IMG/VR virus record: IMGVR_UViG_3300017788_000011
Location: 32,001 to 96,000 of that record
Length of the DNA stretch: 64,000 nt
Origin: a virus
Direction: 5' to 3' (one strand)
Positions 1 to 9,324 of this stretch are shown here, piece by piece (position 1 is the stretch's first letter; every line of letters begins with the position of its first letter). The notes below the pieces were generated by a model. It was given only the letters and a program-made list of their open reading frames with translations, was not told the origin of the DNA and did no database searches. The position numbers were made by a program, and so were the translations under genes.

Positions 1-1
1 T

Positions 2-973
2 GACATTGTTCATCAGATTGCCAAAGACAACGATGCTCATGTTATCGACATTCGTTTGAGTCTTTGGGAACCCACTGACATTAAAGGTATTCCGTTTTTT
101 AACTCCACTGAAAATAAAATGCAGTGGGCGCCTCCGGCAGAATTGCCCGATGAGGAAATGGCTGCCAAACATAAGACTATTATCCTGTTCATGGATGAAA
201 TGAACTCTGCGGCTCCCAGTGTTCAGGCCGCGGCTTATCAGTTAGTTTTGAATCGTCGTGTTGGTACTTATCGTTTGCCCGATAATGTTGTAATGGTTGC
301 CGCAGGTAACCGTGAAACTGACAAAGGTGTTACTTATCGTATGCCTGCTCCGTTGGCTAACCGTTTCCTGCACTTGGAAATGAAAGTGGATTTTGAAGAC
401 TGGTTTACCTGGGCCACTGAGAACCGTGTACACAAAGATGTAGTGGGTTTTATCAGTTTCAGCAAAAAAGACCTCTACGACTTTGATCCAAAATCATCAA
501 GCCGTAGTTTTGCTACTCCCCGTTCTTGGATGTTTGTCAGCGAATTGCTGGACGACGATTTGGATCAAAATACCCTAACTGATCTTATTTCGGGTGCTGT
601 GGGCGAAGGACTTGCTGTGAAGTTTATGGCACATCGCAAGGTTTCTTCTAAACTGCCAAAACCCGAAGACATTTTGGCTGGCAAAGTTAAAAAACTGGAG
701 GTCAAAGAGATTTCTGCGATGTATTCGTTGACTGTGAGTCTCTGCTACGAACTCAAAGAAGCGTCCGATAAAAATGCTAAAAATTGGAATGATCAAGTCA
801 ATAACTTCTTCCAATTTATGATGGATAACTTCGAAACTGAGTTGGTTATCATGGGTACTAAACTGGCTCTGACTCAATACAATTTGCCGTTGGATCCGGA
901 CGAAATTAAGTGTTTTGACGACTTCCACGAGAAGTTTGGCAAATACATTTCGGCGGCTACTGATAAGAATTAA
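2..973 (+). CDS. MoxR-like AAA+ ATPase (5' truncated by the window edge)
   Basis: The frame is open from nt 2 (DIVHQIAKDNDAHVIDIRLSLWEPTD...). It has Walker B ILFMDEMN, sensor VAAGN, arginine finger LANRF and ATPRSW, and lies upstream of a VWA gene. Confidence 0.85.
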   Translation, partial: DIVHQIAKDNDAHVIDIRLSLWEPTDIKGIPFFNSTENKMQWAPPAELPDEEMAAKHKTIILFMDEMNSAAPSVQAAAYQLVLNRRVGTYRLPDNVVMVAAGNRETDKGVTYRMPAPLANRFLHLEMKVDFEDWFTWATENRVHKDVVGFISFSKKDLYDFDPKSSSRSFATPRSWMFVSELLDDDLDQNTLTDLISGAVGEGLAVKFMAHRKVSSKLPKPEDILAGKVKKLEVKEISAMYSLTVSLCYELKEASDKNAKNWNDQVNNFFQFMMDNFETELVIMGTKLALTQYNLPLDPDEIKCFDDFHEKFGKYISAATDKN

Positions 974-988
974 GCCAAAATAAACCAC

Positions 989-1017
989 TTGACACCGCCT
1001 AAGGGCGGTGTTATAAT
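989..1017 (+). promoter_or_regulatory. Consensus sigma70-type promoter with an inverted repeat in the spacer
   Basis: TTGACA (989-994), 17 nt, TATAAT (1012-1017); ACACCGCC-taag-GGCGGTGT palindrome; SD AGGAG before ATG 1050. Confidence 0.85.
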
Positions 1018-1049
1018 ATATACATACAGTAAACTATCAGGAGCAGAAT

Positions 1050-2219
1050 ATGAGTGTAAACAGCGACATCATTGACAAAATTATTGTAGCACGAGTTGGA
1101 CTACTGCTACGTCATCCGTTTTTTGGCAATATGGCCACTCGCTTAAAAATTCAAGAAGTAGATTGGTTGCCTACTGCGGCTACAGACGGTCGTGCTCTGT
1201 ATTTTAATCGTGAGTTTTTCTCAGATCTCACTACTAAAGAAATCGAATTTGTTGTTGCACACGAAATTCTTCACGTGGTATTTGATCACATGAGTCGTAA
1301 AGAAGGTCGCGATCCGCAAATTTGGAACATTGCCGCTGACTATTGTGTCAACGGTACTTTGACCAAAGATCGAATTGGTGTTATGCCTGCCAAAGTAAAA
1401 GGGTTTCATGATACCAAATACTACGGCTGGGGTGCTGAAAGTGTCTACGATGATATCTATGAAAAATTTGACGAGGATGAATTAAAGGCACTTGGAGAAC
1501 TGCTCGACGAACATCTGGAGTGGGACAAACAAGATCCTAATAATCCCAATCGTCCAGTTCATTCAAAAGAGGAACTTAAAAAGATTCGAGATGAAATTAA
1601 GGAAGCAATGATTCAGGCAGCCAATGCCGCAGGTGCCGGAAACGTTCCTGCTGGTATTCAGCGTATGATTAAAGATATGACTGAATCTAAAATGAACTGG
1701 CGCGAATTATTGCGTCAACAGATTCAAAGTACTATCAAAGATGATTACACATGGATGCGTCCCAGCAGAAAAGGCTGGCACACTGGTGCTGTACTTCCAG
1801 GTATGAACTTTGCTCAAACCATTGACATTGCCGTGAGCCTTGACATGAGTGGATCTATCTCAGATGCCATGAGTGCAGATTTTATCAGCGAAATCAAAGG
1901 TATCATGGATGAGTTCAAAGACTATAAAGTTAAGATCTGGTGCTTTGATACCAAAGTCTACAACGAACAAAATTTTACTTCGGAATCTGGCTTAGACATT
2001 TCTGAGTATGAAATTATGGGTGGTGGCGGTACTGACTTCATGTGCAACTGGGAATACATGAAAGATCAAGGTATTGAACCTAAAAAATTCATCATGTTTA
2101 CTGATGGCTATCCCTGGGATAGTTGGGGTGACGAATCCTACTGCGAAACTGTATTCATCATTCACGGAAACAAAGAAATTGTTCCACCGTTCGGTACTCA
2201 TGCCTACTATGAAAAATGA
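1050..2219 (+). CDS. Metallopeptidase-like (HExxH) plus VWA-like domain protein, MoxR partner (DUF2201-like)
   Basis: TAATDG and AHEILH in the N-terminal half; MIDAS motif DMSGSI, GGGGTDF and FTDG in the C-terminal half. Confidence 0.85.
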   Translation: MSVNSDIIDKIIVARVGLLLRHPFFGNMATRLKIQEVDWLPTAATDGRALYFNREFFSDLTTKEIEFVVAHEILHVVFDHMSRKEGRDPQIWNIAADYCVNGTLTKDRIGVMPAKVKGFHDTKYYGWGAESVYDDIYEKFDEDELKALGELLDEHLEWDKQDPNNPNRPVHSKEELKKIRDEIKEAMIQAANAAGAGNVPAGIQRMIKDMTESKMNWRELLRQQIQSTIKDDYTWMRPSRKGWHTGAVLPGMNFAQTIDIAVSLDMSGSISDAMSADFISEIKGIMDEFKDYKVKIWCFDTKVYNEQNFTSESGLDISEYEIMGGGGTDFMCNWEYMKDQGIEPKKFIMFTDGYPWDSWGDESYCETVFIIHGNKEIVPPFGTHAYYEK

Positions 2220-2794
2220 ACGTTCATCCGGATAGTTTTAGCAGTGGACAAGTAGGCAGTAAAATTTGGTGTGCTGAAGAACTGGAATCGGCATGCCAAT
2301 ATTACGAAAGTCAAAATAGAATTACTGCACCGTATCGAATCCTTATGTTAGGAGGATGGTACGGTGTTCTTAATTTAATTCTAAGATCACGAGATAATAT
2401 AAAAATTCAGCGGGTGCGGTCGTTAGACATCGATCAAGAAGTTTGCGACATAGCAGACTTAGTAAACAATTATTGGGTATGGCAAGAATGGCAGTTTAAA
2501 TCTGTTCATGGTGATGCCAACACTTATCAATATACCGCCGACGATTTTAATATCGTAATTAATACCGCAACTGAACACATGGAGTCAAGAGATTGGTTTA
2601 ACAACATTCCCAAAGGTACATTAGTAGTATTGCAGTCTAACAATATGAAACACGATGATCACTGTGCCAATCACGAATCCTGGATGGATTTTGACGAGGA
2701 TTATTTTTTAACAGAAACGTATTCAGTTACACAAAAAGAATTCAAATACCCGGAATGGTCATTTAGACGTTTTATGAAGATTGGAATAAAATGA
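2216..2794 (+). CDS. Putative class I SAM-dependent methyltransferase
   Basis: Gly-rich ILMLGGWYG followed by SLDID and VINTATEH; ATGA overlap with the upstream gene. Confidence 0.6.
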   Translation: MNVHPDSFSSGQVGSKIWCAEELESACQYYESQNRITAPYRILMLGGWYGVLNLILRSRDNIKIQRVRSLDIDQEVCDIADLVNNYWVWQEWQFKSVHGDANTYQYTADDFNIVINTATEHMESRDWFNNIPKGTLVVLQSNNMKHDDHCANHESWMDFDEDYFLTETYSVTQKEFKYPEWSFRRFMKIGIK

Positions 2795-3069
2795 GTTTAA
2801 AAGCGGGAAATCCTAATCCGTTAAATGTGTTTGGTTTAAGAAAAGTTAGTTTTCCTCCTCCTCATTTTGAGTATGTTTTTATCAACCAAACCTCCCTATA
2901 TCAAGTTGAAGAAATTCGAGAATGGATCGAATACAATTGCAATAATAGGTACTATGTTGGCAAAGCCATGTCTTTGGATGCTAACAATGCGTTTATTAAT
3001 GGATACAAAATTGGTTTTGAAGATCCCAAGGAATTAACCTTCTTCAAAATAGCCTGCCCTCTAATTTAA
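2791..3069 (+). CDS. Hypothetical phage protein
   Basis: 92-aa ORF translationally coupled (ATGA overlap) in the operon. Confidence 0.65.
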   Translation: MSLKAGNPNPLNVFGLRKVSFPPPHFEYVFINQTSLYQVEEIREWIEYNCNNRYYVGKAMSLDANNAFINGYKIGFEDPKELTFFKIACPLI

Positions 3070-3111
3070 AGAGATTAAATATACGTATATTACTTTTTAG
3101 GAGATATACGT

Positions 3112-3342
3112 ATGACCCAAGAAACACAGGCTGCCGAAACTGCTCAAGCCGCTCCGGCACAAGAAGCTCAACAGCAACAACCCGATCTTACCCTTGCTGA
3201 TCTTGCAGGATTGAAATCAATCATCGATGTGGCTGCTCAACGAGGTGCATTTAAACCCAACGAAATGCAGGCTGTTGGAACAGTATACAACAAACTATCT
3301 TCATTCCTTTCAGCCGCAAGTGGGAATAAAGGAGAACAATAA
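3112..3342 (+). CDS. Hypothetical protein with Ala/Gln-rich N-terminus
   Basis: SD AGGAG and TAAATA (3076-3081) upstream; helical C-terminal part LKSIIDVAAQRGAFK. Confidence 0.7.
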   Translation: MTQETQAAETAQAAPAQEAQQQQPDLTLADLAGLKSIIDVAAQRGAFKPNEMQAVGTVYNKLSSFLSAASGNKGEQ

Positions 3343-3929
3343 TGGCCGAAATTAAACACGTAGGCCGTGTAATTGCCACTGGAAGAAAATGTTTAGTGGC
3401 ATTTAGAACACTGCCAGGAGATGCTTTTAGTTGTCTAATTATACCCACTGAAGCATTGTCAGATGTTTATCATAACTCTTTAATGACATTAGTGGAAAGC
3501 ACAGCCGGACAAGATTCGTTTGAATTCGCAGATGTTATGGCTCGCAGTCTATTTCCCGATGGCGAAAACATGTTAGAAGTTCTACATAAAACAGGAAAGT
3601 TAGTAAAAGTATCTACCAGCGAAGTAGACATGCTACCTACTACAAACTTTAAAATTAACCTGTCCGAACTCAACCAACTGATTGCAGAACAGAGAAATAT
3701 TTCTGTTGATGATCTTTCAATGTTGCAAAATCAACAGCCAATTACTCCGCAAACAGAAATTCAAGAAGTTGCAACAGTTTCTGATATTAGTCCGCCAATG
3801 GGAGACGAGAATTTAACTGCTGATCAACGTGCCTCAAAACTTCGCAGTGAAGCCGATCGTCTTTATAAAGAAGCCGCAAAACTTCGTAAGCAAGCAGAAG
3901 AACTGAGTCCAACAAAGAAAAAGTCTTAA
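3342..3929 (+). CDS. Hypothetical protein with C-terminal coiled coil
   Basis: 195-aa ORF with SD AAGGAG and TAATG overlap with the upstream stop. Confidence 0.75.
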   Translation: MAEIKHVGRVIATGRKCLVAFRTLPGDAFSCLIIPTEALSDVYHNSLMTLVESTAGQDSFEFADVMARSLFPDGENMLEVLHKTGKLVKVSTSEVDMLPTTNFKINLSELNQLIAEQRNISVDDLSMLQNQQPITPQTEIQEVATVSDISPPMGDENLTADQRASKLRSEADRLYKEAAKLRKQAEELSPTKKKS

Positions 3930-3935
3930 ACTATC

Positions 3936-4250
3936 GTGGGCGGTAAAAATTTGCCCGAAGACATTGTCAGTCTGTGGCCAGAAGTCTTCGGTGATGTAGT
4001 GTTGAACTCAGTGCCTTATCCATATCTTGAATCTATTATCATCACGTTTGAAAATGGAAAAATATGGAATGTAGAAGCGCCTGAAGAAAAAAATCAAGAC
4101 TCTTGGGATCAGATCGAATCTAATCTAAAAATATTAATGCGTGACTATGGTGATCAAATCAACAATATTGATTTTAAATTAGACACTGCAAAAATTAAAA
4201 AAGATGTGATTAGACAAACTAAGAAATTTCTCAAACAGCAGAAATTATGA
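3936..4250 (+). CDS. Hypothetical protein
   Basis: 104-aa ORF with GTG start, last gene of the + operon. Confidence 0.65.
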   Translation: MGGKNLPEDIVSLWPEVFGDVVLNSVPYPYLESIIITFENGKIWNVEAPEEKNQDSWDQIESNLKILMRDYGDQINNIDFKLDTAKIKKDVIRQTKKFLKQQKL

Positions 4251-4916
4251 TATCTTACTGAATTCGTGTTGCAGCCACGCCCAGTCGTTGATTTTAGCAA
4301 TATCCTGCGGGTGCGTATTTACAAAGTTTTTTCCGGCATTAGAGCCAATGATAGTTTCTTTTCCGAACTGGGCTGTTTCTCCCACTGTACACCATGTCTG
4401 TAGTCTTCGCTCAGTTTCTAAATCATTTTGACGTTTGATAATTTTGCTGGCCAGTTTGGCAGATTCTCTAAAACCACTTTTCCAAGCATTAAACGGATCT
4501 GTATTAAAATGTGTTATATTGCTGACTTGATCGATTGATTTAAAACTCGAGGATATGCTGGTTGTAAAATCCACAGAGGATTTATCTACTTCGATAGTTT
4601 TAAATTTAGGTAGCAATTTAATTCCGCCATAACCGTATTCAAGATCGTTAACAGGATTACGACTTTTCCAAACATGAACAGTTTCTAAATCCCAGTTAGA
4701 TACTTTGAAACGAAAATCAAAATTATCAAGTACTTCTGCATCTGCGTCAACTACCCAGAACATTTTTGTCAAGGATTTTTTTGCCGCGGCAATGTGAGCA
4801 TTGTGTATGCCTTCAACATTAAGTATGCGCTTGGCCATTGGAAAACGTTTTTTCAGTTGGCGCCAATGTTTTTCAGCGTTAGGTTCGAAAAAGGAAATAA
4901 AAAAGATATCGTACAT
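4245..4916 (-). CDS. Glycosyltransferase-like protein (GT-A fold, DxD)
   Basis: WVVDADA motif. Paralogue of 6983-7885 (shared F.S..EPNAE, L.YG.GG.KL, PF.AW..GFRE). Start moved to ATG 4916 because that paralogue aligns from there. Confidence 0.65.
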   Translation of the reverse strand: MYDIFFISFFEPNAEKHWRQLKKRFPMAKRILNVEGIHNAHIAAAKKSLTKMFWVVDADAEVLDNFDFRFKVSNWDLETVHVWKSRNPVNDLEYGYGGIKLLPKFKTIEVDKSSVDFTTSISSSFKSIDQVSNITHFNTDPFNAWKSGFRESAKLASKIIKRQNDLETERRLQTWCTVGETAQFGKETIIGSNAGKNFVNTHPQDIAKINDWAWLQHEFSKIS

Positions 4917-4935
4917 GATTTTATTTAACACTACT

Positions 4936-4964
4936 ATTATAGCAAATAAATATTCCGAGAACAA
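4936..4964 (-). promoter_or_regulatory. Sigma70-like promoter TTGTTC-N17-TATAAT
   Basis: Minus strand: -35 at 4964-4959, -10 at 4941-4936, 17-nt spacer; the same two hexamers occur at 10527-10555. Confidence 0.55.
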
Positions 4965-4969
4965 ACATT

Positions 4970-6046
4970 ATGGCATTAGAACCCATTGACTTCAGTGATA
5001 TTACTCCAGGTAAACCTATTCGAACCTACGACGAAACTGGCAAATGGCGAGACTGGTCAACTGACGAAATAGTTGCTCAAAAATTAAATTTCTATCGAGG
5101 TTGGTATTGTGGAGCAGGTGTTGAAAACTTGTCTATCAACATGGACGGAGATGTGTTTGTTGCTACCTGTCAAAATCATGGAAAGTTAGGTAACATATTC
5201 GAAGATTTTACCATTCCCGACGATTGGACTGTTTGTTATAAACCGGTGTGTTCTTGTGGGGCTGATCTGTTTATACCAAAAGCCAAAACAAAAAGACAGA
5301 CAATTTTTTTAAGAAAACATCACGGACAGCCCACACATACTGCTCTTCAAGACAGTTCTCAAACAGAGTTTGTGGCCGCAGAAAGAACTCATTCTACTAA
5401 TGTAAAACAAGTATATTGGGAAGTGGGTCGTAGATGCAATTACGACTGTGGTTATTGCTTGCCTTGGATTCATAACAACACTGACCCGCATAAAAGTCTC
5501 GAAGTGCTTATGGAAGCAACAAAAAAACTTGAAGCAAAGTTTATCAAAGGCAGCAAAGTTAATTTTATCATCAGCGGAGGGGAGCCTACTGCTAACAAGC
5601 ATTTTCTCGATTGGGTTAGGTATCTAAATTCCCAAGGTCATCATATCAGTTTACATTCAAACGGTAGTAGATTACCTAAATACTATAAAGAGATAATTCA
5701 CTACGGTGATTTAAATCTTTCAGTGCATTTTGAATTTTACGATAAAGAAAAATTTATAAAAGTAGTGGAGGCAGTGGTATTAGAAAAAATGGGTACTGTT
5801 GAACGAACCGGTCATTTGGAAATCAAAGTAATGACGCCAGCAGGCTGTCTCGACCAAGCATTAGATTTAGAGGATTCTTTGAAAAAGATTCCTGGATTTG
5901 TAAATTACTGTACCTGGGCATTTGTTCCGATACGGGGAACTATGGACAATAAAAACTTCAAGAGACACCAATCAAAATTTGTCGACGAAATCATGCCCGA
6001 TTATACCGAACATGAAATTAAATTCTTTGGTGCAAGAAACCCTTAA
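4970..6046 (+). CDS. Radical SAM protein with an N-terminal SPASM/Twitch-like Cys-rich domain
   Basis: CNYDCGYC motif plus SGGEPT and SNGS; N-terminal CGAG...INMDGDV...C...CYKPVCSC. Confidence 0.85.
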   Translation: MALEPIDFSDITPGKPIRTYDETGKWRDWSTDEIVAQKLNFYRGWYCGAGVENLSINMDGDVFVATCQNHGKLGNIFEDFTIPDDWTVCYKPVCSCGADLFIPKAKTKRQTIFLRKHHGQPTHTALQDSSQTEFVAAERTHSTNVKQVYWEVGRRCNYDCGYCLPWIHNNTDPHKSLEVLMEATKKLEAKFIKGSKVNFIISGGEPTANKHFLDWVRYLNSQGHHISLHSNGSRLPKYYKEIIHYGDLNLSVHFEFYDKEKFIKVVEAVVLEKMGTVERTGHLEIKVMTPAGCLDQALDLEDSLKKIPGFVNYCTWAFVPIRGTMDNKNFKRHQSKFVDEIMPDYTEHEIKFFGARNP

Positions 6047-6996
6047 ATCTTTATCTTAGTAGACATAATGTCATAGTTACAATGACACATAGTTTTAGTA
6101 CAGACTATAGGATCTACTTCTAACAGTTGTTCTTGTTCTATATGTCCGATCGGACCGCCAACTTTACACCAGCCTCTATAAATTCGACCATCCATATCAA
6201 CAATTAACTGTTCGACACCTGCGAAACATTTCCACCCGCTCCAGTCATTAGTTTTTTCTGCGATAAATCGATGAGCACTTTTTACCTGACTGGTGCCGTC
6301 TGTATATACTTCACGCATGGCTCCTCTATAATATTGAACCTTTTTGGTAAATTTAATTTTTTTAGAAAAAAGTTCGTGTTGCTTATCAAAAATTTCTTGT
6401 TGTTCCGCAGTGTATTCGTATAGTGTATCACCAAAATCGACTATCAAAGGCTGTAATGCCATGGAAATATTATCAATTTCAGTTACACGATTAGCCACAG
6501 AACAGCAAGCATCAAACTTTTCAGGACTCATCATAATATTAACATGAGTTCTAACAGTGTCATGCAATAATTTTACTACACTGATAAAATGTTCAACATC
6601 GGAAAATTCAGGATGATAACTTAGGCAGACATGATCAAGATATTGCGTATGTTCTTCCCAGAATCTGATAGTGCGGGATCCGTTGCTGATAATGCCAACT
6701 CGTACATCGTTGTCGTTGCAAAATTTGCACAGATCAGTGAAGTGTTTGTATAAAGTAACTTCGCCGCCGGTAAATTCAAAATAGATTTTCTTATTAGGAT
6801 GTTGTTGTTTTAATTTCAGAACAAAACGTTTTACAACATCTATGTCCGGCCACCGTTTGGAGCCATCGTGTAACCCCGACGGACAATAACTGCATTTAAA
6901 ATTGCAGGTATTTCCAAGACACCAATTGACTACAAACCAATTATTATGATCTTGATTAGAGTGTACTAATCTAATAGGAATATTAATCGGCTCCAC
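6043..6996 (-). CDS. Radical SAM protein with a C-terminal SPASM/Twitch-like domain
   Basis: CNFKCSYC, TGGEVT and SNGS; C-terminal CFAG...VDMDGRI...C...CTKTMCHC. Confidence 0.85.
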   Translation of the reverse strand: MEPINIPIRLVHSNQDHNNWFVVNWCLGNTCNFKCSYCPSGLHDGSKRWPDIDVVKRFVLKLKQQHPNKKIYFEFTGGEVTLYKHFTDLCKFCNDNDVRVGIISNGSRTIRFWEEHTQYLDHVCLSYHPEFSDVEHFISVVKLLHDTVRTHVNIMMSPEKFDACCSVANRVTEIDNISMALQPLIVDFGDTLYEYTAEQQEIFDKQHELFSKKIKFTKKVQYYRGAMREVYTDGTSQVKSAHRFIAEKTNDWSGWKCFAGVEQLIVDMDGRIYRGWCKVGGPIGHIEQEQLLEVDPIVCTKTMCHCNYDIMSTKIKI

Positions 6997-7885
6997 CTTT
7001 TAACCTTCTTGGAATATGAGTAACTGTGGATTTAAAAAACTTAGAACCATTGGCATCGAGATCTGCTATTTCTAATCTAAGACTACTGCGAATAATATCA
7101 CCGAGCCTTACAATTTCATTGTTTAGATCACTGTCAGTGTTAGGTTTTGTCTCGTCAAACAATGTTTTAAGATATTCAAAGTCTCTGACATTTGCGTAAT
7201 CCCAATCAGTACAATATGCCATATGCAAGCCTTGTCTGGCTCCATACACTGACCAAAGCCCATTCTTAACGTCAGCGCCGATGGTGCACCAAATTAACAA
7301 TCTGCGATAATTCTGTCTCCAAACTTTTCTAAGGTCATCAACTTTGAATCCCTGATCAAGACCCATTTTAACACCCTCACGAAACCCTGCTCGCCATGCT
7401 TGAAAAGGTGTTGAGTTAGTAAAACTTTCAGAATATCGTTCGTTGAATTGATAATATCGTTGATCAAAACAAAATTCGACTTTATTTCTCTCATCGTGCG
7501 GCAACGCATTTTCGTGTGTTTTCATATTATTAACAAATTCTCTTGTCCATAATTTTAAACCACCGTTTCCATATTCGAGACCGTTAACATGGATTCTTCC
7601 GCACCAACTGAACACATAAGATTCGTCTAATCCAAGTTCGTCGAAATCAATTTCTACATTAAGATAATCAGGTTCAATGATGTTATCTGCATCTACTGTG
7701 GTAAAATATTCGGTGTCGCTGATGGCGGCACAGGCTTTGTGTGCGGCATCCGAACCTTTGACTCCATGTACACGTTTAGCCCAGGGCACTTTGTTTAATA
7801 AGTCTACATAATTTTCTTCAGCATTGGGTTCATCGTAACTTAAAAATACAATGTCTTGGTCTATAATTTTAATTTTTTTATTCAT
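6983..7885 (-). CDS. Glycosyltransferase-like protein (GT-A fold, DxD)
   Basis: TVDADN motif; paralogue of 4245-4916. Confidence 0.65.
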   Translation of the reverse strand: MNKKIKIIDQDIVFLSYDEPNAEENYVDLLNKVPWAKRVHGVKGSDAAHKACAAISDTEYFTTVDADNIIEPDYLNVEIDFDELGLDESYVFSWCGRIHVNGLEYGNGGLKLWTREFVNNMKTHENALPHDERNKVEFCFDQRYYQFNERYSESFTNSTPFQAWRAGFREGVKMGLDQGFKVDDLRKVWRQNYRRLLIWCTIGADVKNGLWSVYGARQGLHMAYCTDWDYANVRDFEYLKTLFDETKPNTDSDLNNEIVRLGDIIRSSLRLEIADLDANGSKFFKSTVTHIPRRLKGGAD

Positions 7886-8507
7886 GTGTTTCTATTAAAG
7901 TATAAAAGTTAAATCCTCGGCGCACAGTAACTACATCCGTTGGATGTTTCTCAACATCTGATTCAAAAGAAAATCCTATACGTTCTTCCTGAGCAAGTTC
8001 GTATATATTAATGCTGAAACTTCTGTACAAAATATTAGGATCGTTAGATTTAACTATGAAAAAATCATGATTGTACTTTGCACCATTAGCATCTATAACC
8101 GACTGTCTACTTTCTTTGGAAATCCTAAAATACCAGCATCGATCTTTTAGATTTTTTTCTACAATAACTTCAGACTGTTCAGTTAGGGGATCTCTGGGAA
8201 TTATAAAAAGGCGGCCACCGTCTGAGGAAATATCCTCTCGTTTGTTTACAATCAGCGATTGTTTATTATTTAAAAAAACAATCTTAAAATCTGAGGGAAT
8301 TTTTTTACCGGTAAGGAAATCTTCAACCATGATTAACGGCATAGGAACCATACCGTCTTCACCGGGATCCATCTGCTCGTTTGAAATAGTTTTTACAGTA
8401 CCATCTACTTTATCAAAGTAGAGATACATTTGATTAGATACAGTGTCGTTAAAATCAGGAACTAAGTCTTCATCTTCATCTATTATGTTTTTCATACTTT
8501 TCCTCAA
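7878..8507 (-). CDS. Hypothetical protein (start may be ATG 8495)
   Basis: 209-aa ORF overlapping both neighbours in the minus-strand operon. Confidence 0.7.
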   Translation of the reverse strand: MRKSMKNIIDEDEDLVPDFNDTVSNQMYLYFDKVDGTVKTISNEQMDPGEDGMVPMPLIMVEDFLTGKKIPSDFKIVFLNNKQSLIVNKREDISSDGGRLFIIPRDPLTEQSEVIVEKNLKDRCWYFRISKESRQSVIDANGAKYNHDFFIVKSNDPNILYRSFSINIYELAQEERIGFSFESDVEKHPTDVVTVRRGFNFYTLIETHE

Positions 8508-9324
8508 TCATTTTAACAACACTCTTGGTTAAAAATTCTTCTTCGACGTAATGAAAAATTCCAGTCTGGCTGCAATTACCTATTTTTAATCTACAATCTT
8601 CATCCATGGAAACATTAACAAAATCAGACCATTTGCCTGGAGGATTTTTCCATCCTTGAATTGCCGGCTTCATATGAACAAATGTTGGTATTGGTATTGT
8701 AGATGCAACTGTGTCAGAAACATTTAGTATTTTTGCAGTAATAGCACTGCTGACATCCATGCTCATCCATTTTTGAGTATCTTTGGGTGTAACTTTTTGA
8801 TATATTTCTTGCCAATTTTTGCAAACTGTTTCTAACATAGAGTAAAATTCTAATGCAAAATCAGATTTTTTAAAGTAATGAAATCCAAAATATAAATTAG
8901 GAAGACCGTTGTTTAAAAAAGTTTTTCTATACACTGCATCTTCTACTGGTTTGTTTCTATAAGTTTTAACCTGAGAGGCAAACAATAAGTCATGCTGTTC
9001 TAAAAAATTCCATTGGTGTTCTACGCTGTCGAGAAACAGCATGTCAGCATCAAGTACCACAGTTTCTTCATAAGGACTTACATGAAACAGTTTCCATCTG
9101 TTTTCAACTTTCCATTCTGATCCTACTGCCAAGTCACTCCACGGTATACGAATAATATGATCAAATAGATGTTGATACTTTTCAGGGATAACATCATTAG
9201 TTACCAATGATACAGAATTTATCGTTGGTTGAGTGAGTTTTATTGTCATAGCCAGGACAACTGCCTGCATGACATAGTTAACTTTTAAACTATTCTGGGC
9301 TAAGATTAGGTAACCGCGATTCAT
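8476..9324 (-). CDS. GT8-like glycosyltransferase
   Basis: SPYEETVVLDADMLF DxD motif and FVHMK; paralogue of 9321-10160. Confidence 0.7.
   Translation of the reverse strand: MNRGYLILAQNSLKVNYVMQAVVLAMTIKLTQPTINSVSLVTNDVIPEKYQHLFDHIIRIPWSDLAVGSEWKVENRWKLFHVSPYEETVVLDADMLFLDSVEHQWNFLEQHDLLFASQVKTYRNKPVEDAVYRKTFLNNGLPNLYFGFHYFKKSDFALEFYSMLETVCKNWQEIYQKVTPKDTQKWMSMDVSSAITAKILNVSDTVASTIPIPTFVHMKPAIQGWKNPPGKWSDFVNVSMDEDCRLKIGNCSQTGIFHYVEEEFLTKSVVKMIEEKYEKHNR

Noticed and set aside
991-1012. Lambda-like CI/Cro operator (CACCGCC half-site)
   Set aside because: The half-site spacing differs from lambda operators and no repressor gene is in the window; kept only as a generic palindrome.
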